From assembly GCA_034226945.1 (NCBI GenBank), contig CP120456.1, positions 1,177,817 through 1,197,816 of the forward strand: a stretch of 20,000 nt of DNA, given 5' to 3'. Both the position numbers and the translations under genes were made by a program. Positions 9,579 through 20,000 of the stretch are shown piece after piece (position 1 is the first letter of the stretch; the number at the start of each line of letters is the position of its first letter). The stretch comes from Picochlorum sp. SENEW3 (lineage: Eukaryota). Below the pieces are notes generated by a model. It was not told where the DNA came from. It saw only the letters and a program-made list of their open reading frames with translations, and did not search any database.

Positions 9579-11889
9579 ATGGCCGGACCTTCTTCCGCCC
9601 CTTTGGAGGTGGAGAGTGTAGACTCGCCATGGCAGGAGGGCGTGAGTTTGCTCGACAAGTAAGATGTGCATGTCATTCGTCTGCAGGCTTCGGGATACAG
9701 TAGACCAATAGGATACGAATGTATTTGCAGGCACCAGGTGACAGGGCGGAGCAGGCAATGGCAACTGGGAGTCGTGGGGACTGGTATGTGTTCTGTTGGC
9801 CTTTACTTCTTGTCCCCTCGTATTTCGTGTCACACATAGAATGGTATCACGCAGTGCTGGCTTTTATTGGAATCGCTGGATCCTTTTACATCGGGAGGAG
9901 CAGTTCACCTTGCTACAGCAGTGGGCAAGGGAGTGGCAAGGACCAGGTGAGTCCAGAGGGACGCATTCTCGGCAGCTACGACATGCTTCACGATTTTCGT
10001 GGGAGGCCCAGGTTTATCGAATCAGAAAGAGCCGCTGTAGCATCAGATCATGGTAGGTGTGCCGATCAAGGCGTTGAGGTGATGAGAGGCGGAGGGAATG
10101 CAGCAGATGCTGCAGTGGTGACGGCCCTGTGTCAGGGTTTATACAATCCGATGGCCAGCGGCATTGGTGGAGGGCATATTATGGTGGTGAGGTACGTTTT
10201 CATATATTGTCTTTTGTCTTCAAGGCGTATCAATGACAGACGCGCAAGATGCATACTTGCAGACTGCCAAACAGCACTGCACAAGTGATTGATGCTCGAG
10301 AGATTGCCCCCCAAAAAGCAAGGAAAAATATGTTCAAGGGCAAGCCAGACCTTTCGTTGACGGGTGGAAAGGCGATTGCGGTGCCTTTAGAGCTTCAAGG
10401 ACTATACTTGCTGCACTCTATGCATGGTGTAAAGCCTTGGAAAGAGCTCCTGCAGCCAGCCATTAAACTTGCCAGGGACGGTTTTCCAGCCCATCCGTAT
10501 CTGGTATCCTCACTCCAGAACGCTAATTTCAAGGTATGCATTGAACCGTAATAATTTTGAAGAGATGAGTTGTCTAATCTCACCGTACATTCGTTGTGCA
10601 GGCATCCGAAGATGATCTCAAGAGGACATTTTTTGTGTTTGACAAGAAACTGAATTCCTACAGGATACCAAAAATAAACGAGACTTGCTGCAGGCGAGGA
10701 ATGCTTGCCCAGGTTCTGGAAGATGGTACGGTTGATTGATTCGCTGAATTTACGCTGCTGATTTGAGGATGAACCATGGATGAATCATGCTGTGCAGTTG
10801 CCAACCATGGTCCTGAGGCCCTCTACAAGGGGAAGTACACCGACTCTTTAGTGAACGATATTCGGCAACATGGTGGTATCATTACAAAAAAGGATTTTGA
10901 GAAAGCTGATGCGACGCTGAGGGAGCCTGTTCGGGGGAAGGCCTTTGGTTTGGAGTTTCTCATGCCTCCACCTCCAAGCAGCAGTGCAGCAGTTTTGTTG
11001 GCACTTCGGATTTTGGAGGGCTACAGCCTTCCACTTGCAGGTATATCGACTCTCGGATTTCATAGAATAATCGAATCCATGAAACACGCTTTTGCAATAC
11101 GCATGTCTCTCGGTGATCCAGGGAGCGGCAGCTCGTGGCCAACCAGTGAGCACATTATGGAGGATGTGCTGGATCGTGCTTTTGCGGAGGAACTGCGGTC
11201 TGTGATTCAGGATAATAATGTTCGTAATGTGACAGAGTATGGTGGGAAATGGAATGTGGTCGAACGGGGAATGTCGCCAGACGACCATGGAACCTCCCAT
11301 ATGAGCATTGTGGACCAATCTGGCATGGCTGTTTCCCTCACCTCCACGATCAACACTGGCTTTGGCAGTAAAGTCATCTCCGCATCCACTGGAATCTTAT
11401 TGAATAATCAGATGGATGATTTTTCGACACCAAGCCAGAGCAACGTGTATGGCATTCCCCCATCAGAGTCAAATTTCATCTATCCAGGGAAGAAACCTCT
11501 CAGCAGTATGAGCCCCATGATTTTGCTCCAAGACAATCAACCTCGCCTTATCATTGGGTCTCTGGGGACCTCGAATCATTTCTGCCGTCTTGCAGACAAT
11601 TTTGAGAACCGTGGCCTACGGGGAGGACTTGTTTGATGCAGTGAGGCAGCCCCGACTGCACCACCAGTTGGTGCCAGACTCGCTGCAAGCAGAGCGTTGG
11701 GGTTCGGGTGGCATCTCGTTTGAATACAGTGACGATCTCCTACAGGCTCTCGAGAGAAGAGGACATAGATGGGATGCAACAAATTGGGGGGCTGTCGTTC
11801 AGGCTATCAAAATAGACAGAGGACCCTCTAGTAGGGTCCTGCATGCGGCCTCGGATCCCAGGAAAGATGGCTCCCCATCTGGATTTTAA
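9579..11889 (+). CDS. GGT: Gamma-glutamyltranspeptidase (glutathione hydrolase); exons 9579-9658, 9731-9783, 9855-10191, 10263-10533, 10602-10725, 10798-11889; frameshift near 11556-11567
   Basis: Motifs GGNAADAAV, SGIGGG, IDAREIAP, HGTSHMSIVD (nucleophile Thr), TSTINTGFGS, GILLNNQMDDFS, PGKKPLSSMSP, PRLHHQL, AASDPRKDG. Five in-phase GT-AG introns of 68-72 nt. N-terminal hydrophobic anchor. The first two exons are less certain. Confidence 0.93.
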
Positions 11890-11955
11890 TATCTATACCG
11901 TATAATCTTTTTGTACATCATACACATGTAGCAATAACAGGGATATCCTCCTTTT

Positions 11956-12400
11956 CTAGTTTCTGAGGTCTTTTGCTTTCTCCTCACCATTGGCTTGCCA
12001 CAGGAAAAACTTGGCAAGATTGATGGCTGCATTCACATCTCAGAGTTGCCAGAAAGCACGCTCACATCCATTGTTCGTACAACGGCGTACTTTCCAGCGC
12101 TTGTGAAGCCCGACTGCTGGGGGCATTTTTGGCATGACAGCCGCTGCAGGATTGGCTACTTTGGAATTCATCAATCTCGACAAAACAACACCTCTGCCGA
12201 AGCAGGTCCTTCAGGGCTCGAAGGCATATCCTCTCTGTACCGTGTTTTCCTGAATTAATCAAGGCGTTCCCAAACACAACTACAGTCCTGCTCTGAGTCT
12301 CCCTGTTCTTTGTCACACAGGTCCTTTCAACCATGGAGTCCAGCATTCGTTGCGTCTTTGTGTAAACAGAGAACCTTTGCCTTCGGAAACAGTTCTGGTA
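11956..12400 (-). pseudogene. Fanzor/TnpB-family RNA-guided nuclease, C-terminal fragment (RuvC-II, zinc finger, RuvC-III), disrupted
   Basis: Two frames joined at the T5 run 12126-12130: YQNCFRRQRFSVYTKTQRMLDSMVERTC...RTVVVFGNALINSG...LRALKDLLRQRCCFVEIDEFQSSQSCSGCHAK / MPPAVGLHKRWKVRRCTNNGCERAFWQL*DVNAAINLAKFFLWQANGEEKAKDLRN*. The order DE-x2-SS-x2-CxxC...C-x4-C...(R)DVNAAIN is characteristic of TnpB/Fanzor. Confidence 0.85.
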
Positions 12401-13349
12401 CTTGGGAGTGTGTGTCGATCAGTCTAGAGTGTCCAATTGCATTGAACATGGGATTATACTTGCAAAAACGTCCTGCTGACACCGCGAGGAATGAAAATCC
12501 CCATGAAAAACACAGGTGGTCGTCGTCAGTTCCGTTCACATAAGTTGGGACGAAAAGGAGGGGCCTGCAGAGCTGTCACCCATGGGCAGGAAGGGCCAGT
12601 AATATGATTCATATTCATACTAAAATAATTATACCACCCATGTATGGCTACGTCCAGAGAGTGTTTTTCTGCTGTAATTGAACACAATAAAAAATTGTGA
12701 CCATGCCCATTTGGCCATTTGCCATTTGCACATTTGTCGCGTGGTCGTCTTTTTTTATTGTCTTTTTACAGACTAATATCACGACGAGCGTTGTTGACAT
12801 CGTGTCTCCGGTCGAATGGATGCCAGGAGCGGACACAGTTCAGTGAGACCCACGAGGTTGAACAAGCTAGCGTGCTCTTGGCGCGACACACTCGCTGCCA
12901 CCCGCCTGCTTGAGCTTGGTTTTGTTTCTTTCTGCCGTCTCATTGATTTGATTCAAAAGTATTGCAATATCAATCAACGATTCGTGCAGAAACCCATCAG
13001 GAGAAACAGAGGTCCTGGAAGTCGTGGCTCTGTCCACTGTAATTGCCAAGGCATTCCCGTGGAACAGCTACGGGCCCCTCTCTGTGAATGTGTCCATACG
13101 TGGGTCGTATGATGGACTTGTTATGAGTCTATGAATCATATTAATGGCCCTTCCTGCCCATGGGTGACAGCTCTGCAGGCCCCCTCCTCGTCCCAACCAA
13201 TGTGACGCGAACGGAATTGACGACGACCAGCTGTGTTTTGAATGGGGACTTGCATTCGTTGCGGTGTCGGCAGGACGTTTTTGCAAGTATAATAACCCAT
13301 ATTCAACAATTGTACACCAGACTGATAAATACACATTCCCAAGTACCCA
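12397..13349. repeat. Long imperfect inverted repeat; arms ~12397-12613 and ~13131-13349
   Basis: GGGGCCTGCAGAGCTGTCACCCATGGGCAGGAAGGGCCA in the left arm is the exact reverse complement of the right arm's TGGCCCTTCCTGCCCATGGGTGACAGCTCTGCAGGCCCC; TATACTTGCAAAAACGTCCTGC is also mirrored. Confidence 0.9.
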
Positions 13350-14330
13350 AGTGTTTTTCTGCTGTAATTGAACACAATAAAAAATCGTGACCTTTCAATT
13401 TTAACGACAACTTTAACGACAATTTTAACGATTTCACCCCAGTGTTTTTGTTGTAATTGAACACAATAAAAAATTGTGACAAAAAATTGGGCTCGAACCC
13501 TGGACCACCGTCGCTCTTTTTTATTGTTCCCATTTACGGAGAGAAACGAGTAGAGTTGAGTCAAAGTGACTTATTCTACTACCATCCAACGGGTCGACGG
13601 ACCGGACCATTGTGCTATCAAAAATTTCCACGCTGGTGTCAGAACTGTCCACTTTTGTCGCGTGGTTACCTTTTTTATTGTGTCTTTTACGGACAGAGAC
13701 GACGAGCGTGCCAGGCGTGATATCTCCGGTCGAATGGATGCCAGGAGCGGACACTGTCAGTGAGACCAACACACAGACTCTCCTCTACTCCGCTCCCATC
13801 AAGTACTCCTCCTCCTCTTGAAGAGTAATAAACACCACCATTAACATGTATTAAATGTTACATGGTTTATGTGTCCACAGTTTTGCGTGGCGACGACAGA
13901 TGCTCGCAATTAGCAGCTTTGGCTTTCGTTGGCATTCTTGGCAACACTCACAACCATTCGCTTTCTTGAGGTTTGGAGTAGTCTGCCGTCTCCTTAATTT
14001 GATTCAGCGATATTGTGAAATAACAATCAACGAGTGATTCGTACAGAAACCCACCCGGAGGAGAACTTCGTCTTGGCTCTCCAGACCTGTCAATGGCATT
14101 CCCGTGAACCTGTTGGGGACCCCTTTCTCACTCTCTCTCTCACTCTGTGGACGTGGTGGTCATACGGTGGTGATAGATTTGGTTCATTGTGAATATATAC
14201 AAATAATCAGCGTGGCCCTTCGTGACAACTGCAGGCTTCCTTGTCTCAACAGCCTTGACGCGAACGGAATTCGTGTTGATAGGACATTCAACTCATTGAC
14301 AAACGGGAATACCCCTGTATCATTTCACTA
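12660..14330 (+). repeat. Diverged direct duplication (~12660-13349 vs ~13350-14330) related to the 3 kb element
   Basis: AGTGTTTTTCTGCTGTAATTGAACACAATAAAAAAT at ~12660 and ~13351; TCTCCGGTCGAATGGATGCCAGGAGCGGACAC at ~12805 and ~13723; TCTGCCGTCTC...GGCATTCCCGTG...GACGCGAACGGAAT in both. Confidence 0.8.
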
Positions 14331-16042
14331 CATACATCATGAGGGTCATATTTAATGCCAAATATGGTGCTCTGACTTTTTTCTACTCGTTGCACTACTT
14401 CGGTCACTGAGGTGTCATGGCCCATGGCTCTAGGTCGGGTTGATACGGCCAAGGTCTTTTCTACCACCTTTAGTAGTAAGTAAGTACCACTGCTAGTGGT
14501 ATGTATGCAATCATCGTGTGTCATCGTGGTGGTTTGGCAATGTACGCATACATTCTAAGGCTATGGATGGACGGTCCATCTGAGGGGCAGATGGACCATT
14601 GTGTTGTGTAGCATGTGGACATCCATCCATTCTCATGTGGACTCTCATGTGGACCGACCCTGAGTCCCACCATTTCTCTGCGCAGTATTGATTGTACATT
14701 ACACGTGTCAATCCAACATTTAAAAATAGTATCGAATCAAGTCAAGGAAACGACAGACGAAAGAAAACCAAGCCAGCGGGTGGTTGTGGGATGCACCTCT
14801 GGGCCTCTTGTGGTGAAACTACCCCTTTGTTTGTCGTCGAACGTTGCACTTTCCCTGTGTGCTTTCCGCTCTTAATTTTTCTTTTCTTTTTCGAACAGAT
14901 GGATCGATTTGTCCTGCGAGCCTGGCTCGTGGCTTCTTATTCTTTTTTTTCTTGCCTCGGTTTGAGGCTGTGCCTGCTCTTCCAATCTTCTCAACTCCTT
15001 TTCTTGTTCTTGTTGCTTGGCAGCCTTTTGAATTTCGACTATTCGACAAGGTGTCAAATACTAGTAGAGCCCCATTCAACAACCAACCTATTGAGGGTGA
15101 GCTCACCTCCTTTCTTGTCACAGGCTCTTTTTGTATTGTTGTTCTATTACATTCCGTTCAATGTTGTTGACTGGTATACAAACGCATGATAATAAATTTT
15201 CTTTGTTCTCGATGTTTTACTTTTGAATGTTGATCGTTGTGTAGCAGAGAAGCCTTTCTTTTTTTTCTTCTGTAGTAGTTGTAGATCCTACATTCATTCA
15301 TCCAGGTCAGAGCAGCTCCTGTGGTGGCCAGATTCCCTAATAGTGTGTGGTGGACAGACAACACTATCATTTCCATCCAAACCAGATTGATTCTGTTATA
15401 TATCTTTTGTTCTTGTATTGTTGATGTACAAGGATACGACATACTACTACAAACACTGCTCAAAAAGCAGTCGCGTGTCAGGACAGCAGGGTGTGTTGCA
15501 TGATTCCCAACAGATCCCTGTGCATGTGTGTGAGTGTCCACATCCATCCTTATATTCACACGTTGCCCTACTTACCATACGATAGAATAGATCGATTAGA
15601 ACATATTTTTTCATCATCCGTGTTATTCTTGTGTTTTCTGAATCCACGAATCAGTGTGTGTGGAGATATGTTTGAAGCTGTTTAATTGGGTTGAGTCTGT
15701 GGATGGTGGGTGAGCACACATTGTGTGCTATTGCTATTACTACTACTCTCTTCGTTGTTTCGTTGTTTCTCCCTCTAGAGCAGCAACAGCAGTAACTATT
15801 GTTGTTTGTTTTTAGTAAACCGACAGTAATAGTAATAGTTGTAGAGAAGAAGAAGAACAAAAGGTGTGGTAGCAGAAGAGGTATCTCGTCAAAGGTCTTG
15901 TCTCCATCGGGAGGGGTAGATAGACTGAAGGCATCGGTCCGACAGAGTATTGGATCGATCAGTAAGGTCGGCCTCTTTTTCTTTTCTCGCGAGGCGTGTC
16001 CGTCCGTAAATGAGGACAATAAAAAAGGACGACCATGAAACC

Positions 16043-16371
16043 TGTGGCAGGGTACATTGCCAGTCGTGGCCTGGACTTCCTTCGCAGGTTACACAACGTA
16101 CTGCCAATACACTCTCGTGTCGTTGCCAACACAGAGCGTTCAACCTTCACACGCAGTGAGGTTCGATAGAAGAGGATGGAATAGAATACCAACCAATGTA
16201 CAGAGGGTTCTCTCTTCCTTCACAAGATAGTTTGAATTAGAAGTTGTTACATGAGAATAAATCTTCTCAGTATATGAAATTGACCATGATGACCAGATCT
16301 CTCCTAGGGATCTCATCTCCCTAGATGTTGACGAGAGATCTCCTCCCACAGGGACGTAGCTCTCTGCTACA
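16043..16371 (-). repeat. 3' LTR
   Basis: TGTGGCAG...CTGCTACA; matches 17839-18167 with no differences seen by eye. Confidence 0.95.
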
Positions 16372-16769
16372 ATTCCTCCCTGCTAAAAACAAACCAAATG
16401 TCCTCATTTGGAACAGAGTATTCCTCCATGATGAAACAATGCAAGATAAAATACCTTGTCTCCTCCCTGCTAAGAGCAGGCTATTCATCATCCAAAGGAA
16501 TGATCAAATCATCATCATCTGAATTCATAGAGTAGTATGATCAAAAGTATGATCTCCTTTGATAACAACATTATCTTTTGTATAACCAAGTGGCTATTCA
16601 CGCTGAGTGCTCACGTGAATCCTGCACAGTTCTTCCACTTCCAAGACAGGCTAGCATTTCTGTCTCATGTTCAAACAGACAGCAGCAATTCATCTTCCTG
16701 GGCATGTAAGACTTTTCGAGTTGGCTTTCTCAACAATACAGACATGGATTAATAGCACACACTGGCTCC

Positions 16770-17080
16770 TAGTGCCTTCAATCATGGCTGGCCTAAATAC
16801 ACATCATGCTTGCTGTTCGAGGGTGCTACTCGGAGTGCCTCATTCCTCACACTCCAGAGTTCCATTTTGCACTACCCTCAGAAACAATTTAGGACTTGAT
16901 CAATCTTCCTTCCAGATGACCCGTCTGGAAGCCTGAGTACTAGTGGTCGGCCGGTCTTCACATTCAACCCTCTAGTACCATCGAGGAAATTCTCAGCCAC
17001 GAAGTTTTCCTCTGCACCTGAGTCAATTAAAATCCACACTCAATTTCCTTTCATATAGCCGTCGAAAGAGAATATCAACC
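16770..17080 (-). pseudogene. Degenerate retroviral-type aspartic protease
   Basis: LIFSFDGYMKGN*VWILIDSGAEENFVAENFL...LVLRLPDGS...; catalytic DSG at 17016-17024; in-frame stops, then a frameshifted LGQP*LKALG remnant of the ILGxPWL motif. Confidence 0.8.
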
Positions 17081-17838
17081 CTTTATCACCTTTCTTCGAC
17101 CCCTGGAGATGATACACAATTCTCAATCTTTGGAAACACAGCCCAATTCTAATCCACCAGCTTCGGTCAAGGCGGCTTCACTGTGCGATTCCCCAGCACC
17201 CTTAATCTCTTTGCTGTCGGAATCCAAGGGTGACTCAAGCGCTTATTTCCCACATTCCCTTGTTCCTGATCAATCTCCAGATGCATTTGTTGTGAGCTCC
17301 CCCATGGCATGAAATGGGTACTCCAACTAAACAAGTGAGCTACTAATCCTTCCCTTCTACTCCCATTGAACATCCAAGCAACTTGACAACCCTCAACCAT
17401 CAGGGCTCTCATTATCATTGCTACTTCATTTCTTTCTCGTGGATAGGGAAAACGATTAATACAAGCTCATCAAGGTTGACTTGTTGAACAACTAATCAAA
17501 GTACCTGTGAATGAAAAGAAACGATACCGGTCGTCCTACAATTCCGCAGTAACGACTCCAATATCACCCTACTGTACGATTGATGGTGGTGTTGGATGCT
17601 GGATTGTTCTATCAAGTACTAGATATTTACCGACATTGCTATACTTTCCAGAGACGTCGCCTTTTTATCAAGTGGTGCTTCGAAACGACCACCCAGAACC
17701 TGTCGTTGACTTTTGAGACGACTCCTCAGATTCTGTCACGACTTTGGGGAACGGTCTCCACGTCCTTCAATCTCGGTTTGCGCGCAAATACTTTGTACTC
17801 CTTAGAACACGAATGATATATCTGTGAGCTGAAACCAT

Positions 17839-18167
17839 TGTGGCAGGGTACATTGCCAGTCGTGGCCTGGACTTCCTTCGCAGGTTACACAACGTACTGC
17901 CAATACACTCTCGTGTCGTTGCCAACACAGAGCGTTCAACCTTCACACGCAGTGAGGTTCGATAGAAGAGGATGGAATAGAATACCAACCAATGTACAGA
18001 GGGTTCTCTCTTCCTTCACAAGATAGTTTGAATTAGAAGTTGTTACATGAGAATAAATCTTCTCAGTATATGAAATTGACCATGATGACCAGATCTCTCC
18101 TAGGGATCTCATCTCCCTAGATGTTGACGAGAGATCTCCTCCCACAGGGACGTAGCTCTCTGCTACA
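17839..18167 (-). repeat. 5' LTR
   Basis: Same 329-bp sequence as 16043-16371, followed on the plus strand by TSD AAACC. Confidence 0.95.
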
Positions 18168-20000
18168 AAACCACACGCTTTATCCGCTCGGCCACACTCA
18201 GCGTGCTTTTTGTGGCTTTTTTCATCTCCCATCACAAGGGACGTTTGACCGGCAGTGTAGTTCTCTCCTCCATCAAACACCTCTTCTGATGGGAGCCTGG
18301 ATACGGAGCACACACAGGTGGAGGAAGAGAGAGCTGTGGAACAGTCTTTAAACACGACGAGATCTTCCCCAAAGAAGCGTCGCAATTGTATATATATAAT
18401 TATATCCTACTATCCTATCCTCATTGCAACTCATGAAGTCTAAGTAATTAAGTAAGCGTTCCATGCATGATGATGATACTGATAGTTGCTTCAGCATTGT
18501 AACTGCTGCAACAGTACTCTAGTGCTTGCCACAGCTTGGTTCTTGTTGTTGTTGTTGTTGTGAAGAAGACGATTTCCTTTCATTCTTTTTCTCCTTTCTC
18601 TTATAAATTTGTTCTTTTCATATACTTCTTATTATACCTCTCTCTGGTCTTCTTGTCGCTGTTGTTCTTTGTGGAGACAGACTTCATGGCACCACCTTGT
18701 TGTGAAGACGACGATTTGTTTTCATTTCATTCTTGTTCCATGATGTCTTTTCCTTATATATTCATTTCACAGTTATTATTCTAACTCTTATATAATAAAC
18801 TCTTTCTCTATCTCACATGTTGTCTGTGAGTCGAGCTCCAGGTTGTTCTTCTTGTGTGCTTTGTTGTGTTCTGTTATTATTGGTTGCTATTATTGGTCAT
18901 GTCGATTGTTGTTGTGCATGTTATAATCATTATTACATTATTACTACTATTATGAGATATTTACTTTCTTCTTCTTTTGATTGCTTTGCTTCTTTGTTTG
19001 TTGGTGTGTTGTCTCGTGTTATAGCAGCAGCAGCAGCAGTAGTAGTAGTGGTGGTGGTGTGAATGCTGGATGGTTGTTGATTTATTGTATTGTTGTTGTT
19101 GTTGTTGTGTGGGGTGGCTGTTTTAGACACCCTTGCTTGGTTTGGTTGGTATTTTTTGGTGGTGGTCCCAGTCAAGTCCTTTAAGAAGTCAAGGGGTGGT
19201 GATGATGACGGGAAGATCGCCATTCTTGTTGTTCCGAGATGCTCCCTCTTCTTCCAACATGTGGCAGCAGACCATTGTTTGTTTTGCACTGGGTGTGCGA
19301 CGCTTTTTTTTAATGATGGGTGTTTATTATTCTTATTTATATTGGTACTCTTCTTCTTACTTACTTCATATTGTGTCCTTCTGTTGTTGTTGTTGCTGTT
19401 GTGAAGAAGAAGACAGAGATTCTTTTCATTCATGCATAGCATAGTATAGATTGTTGTTGTGTCATTATGATTATTATGAGATTTGTATCTTTTGATTTTG
19501 GTTTTGCTTTGCTTTGCTTTTGTGTTGGTTGCTGTTGTTGTTGTCTTCTCTTGTTGTTGTAGTAGTAGTAGTAGGAGGAGGAGCAGTAGTAGTAGCAGAG
19601 CTTGTGGTATGCCGTGTCTTTTGTTGTTGTCGTTGTTGTTGTATATATAGTATAGGTGGTTATTATACTACTACTTATTCTTCTTGATATTGTATTGTAT
19701 ATTCTCGTCCTTTTGGTGGTGTTTTTGGATGTTTTTTTGGTTGGTGTGTTTTTTTTGTTAGGGTATTTTGGTCTTGTTGGTGGTGTTTTTTCTTGGCTTT
19801 ATTTTTGATTTTTTGGATATTTTCTTATTTTTGGGTAGTTTGTATATTATTTAATTTAGAAATCGTGTTTATTTTTGTTTGTGTGGTGGGAAGTAGGGTG
19901 ACTATGTTGTTATATACCCTCATTACCCTCCTGCCAAGGAACGACGGTATGCACAGGGTATAGGGTATAGGGAGCAATACGTAACTGAACGAAGTACTGA

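Larger units (their letters stand above)
16043..18167 (-). mobile_element. Non-autonomous Ty3/Gypsy LTR retrotransposon, 2125 bp
   Basis: 329-bp TG...CA LTRs at 16043-16371 and 17839-18167; 5-bp TSD AAACC (16038-16042, 18168-18172); minus-strand PPT AGCAGGGAGGAAT next to the 3' LTR; TGG-led PBS-like sequence after the 5' LTR; decayed protease; no RT or integrase seen. Confidence 0.95.
15930..19905 (+). mobile_element. Unclassified repeat element, copy 3, interrupted by the LTR element and lacking the 122-bp end box
   Basis: GGCGTGTCCGTCCGTAAATGA...GACGACCATG (15993-16037) continues after the LTR element as CCGCTCGGCCACACTCAGCGTGC, as at 3413-3510. 19340-19905 is near-identical to 4760-5338. 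Left boundary uncertain (may reach ~13900). Confidence 0.7.

Noticed and set aside
11540..11600. A sixth GGT intron explaining the frame change
   Set aside because: Homology is continuous across the site and sequence is missing rather than extra, so there is no room for an intron.
11890..11955. omegaRNA downstream of the Fanzor fragment
   Set aside because: Only 66 AT-rich bases separate its stop from the GGT stop, and no convincing structure or element end is visible. A scaffold overlapping the ORF end cannot be excluded.
13488..13506. tRNA or SINE (B-box-like GGTTCGAGCCC on minus; similar at ~6990-7007)
   Set aside because: No convincing A box or cloverleaf, and a T-run follows almost immediately.

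Overview
Repeat-rich eukaryotic window. The 68-77 nt GT-AG introns and a plant/algal-type Mini-III suggest a compact-genome green alga (inference). A ~3.6 kb island holds a 3'-truncated Mini-RNase III gene (minus), a 6-exon gamma-glutamyltranspeptidase gene (plus, one frameshift), and a decayed C-terminal fragment of a Fanzor/TnpB-type RNA-guided nuclease (minus, ~11956-12400). The rest is mobile or repetitive DNA: the 5' part of a probable hAT transposase running off the left edge, a 170-bp palindromic satellite, and an unclassified ~3 kb head-to-tail element with a sharp 122-bp end ending GGGATTAG (two tandem copies plus a third interrupted copy). Nested in those copies are a 153-bp tandem array, a 290-bp Helitron and a 2125-bp non-autonomous Ty3/Gypsy LTR element with apparently identical LTRs and an AAACC target-site duplication. 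All calls come from reading and translating by eye; no searches were run.
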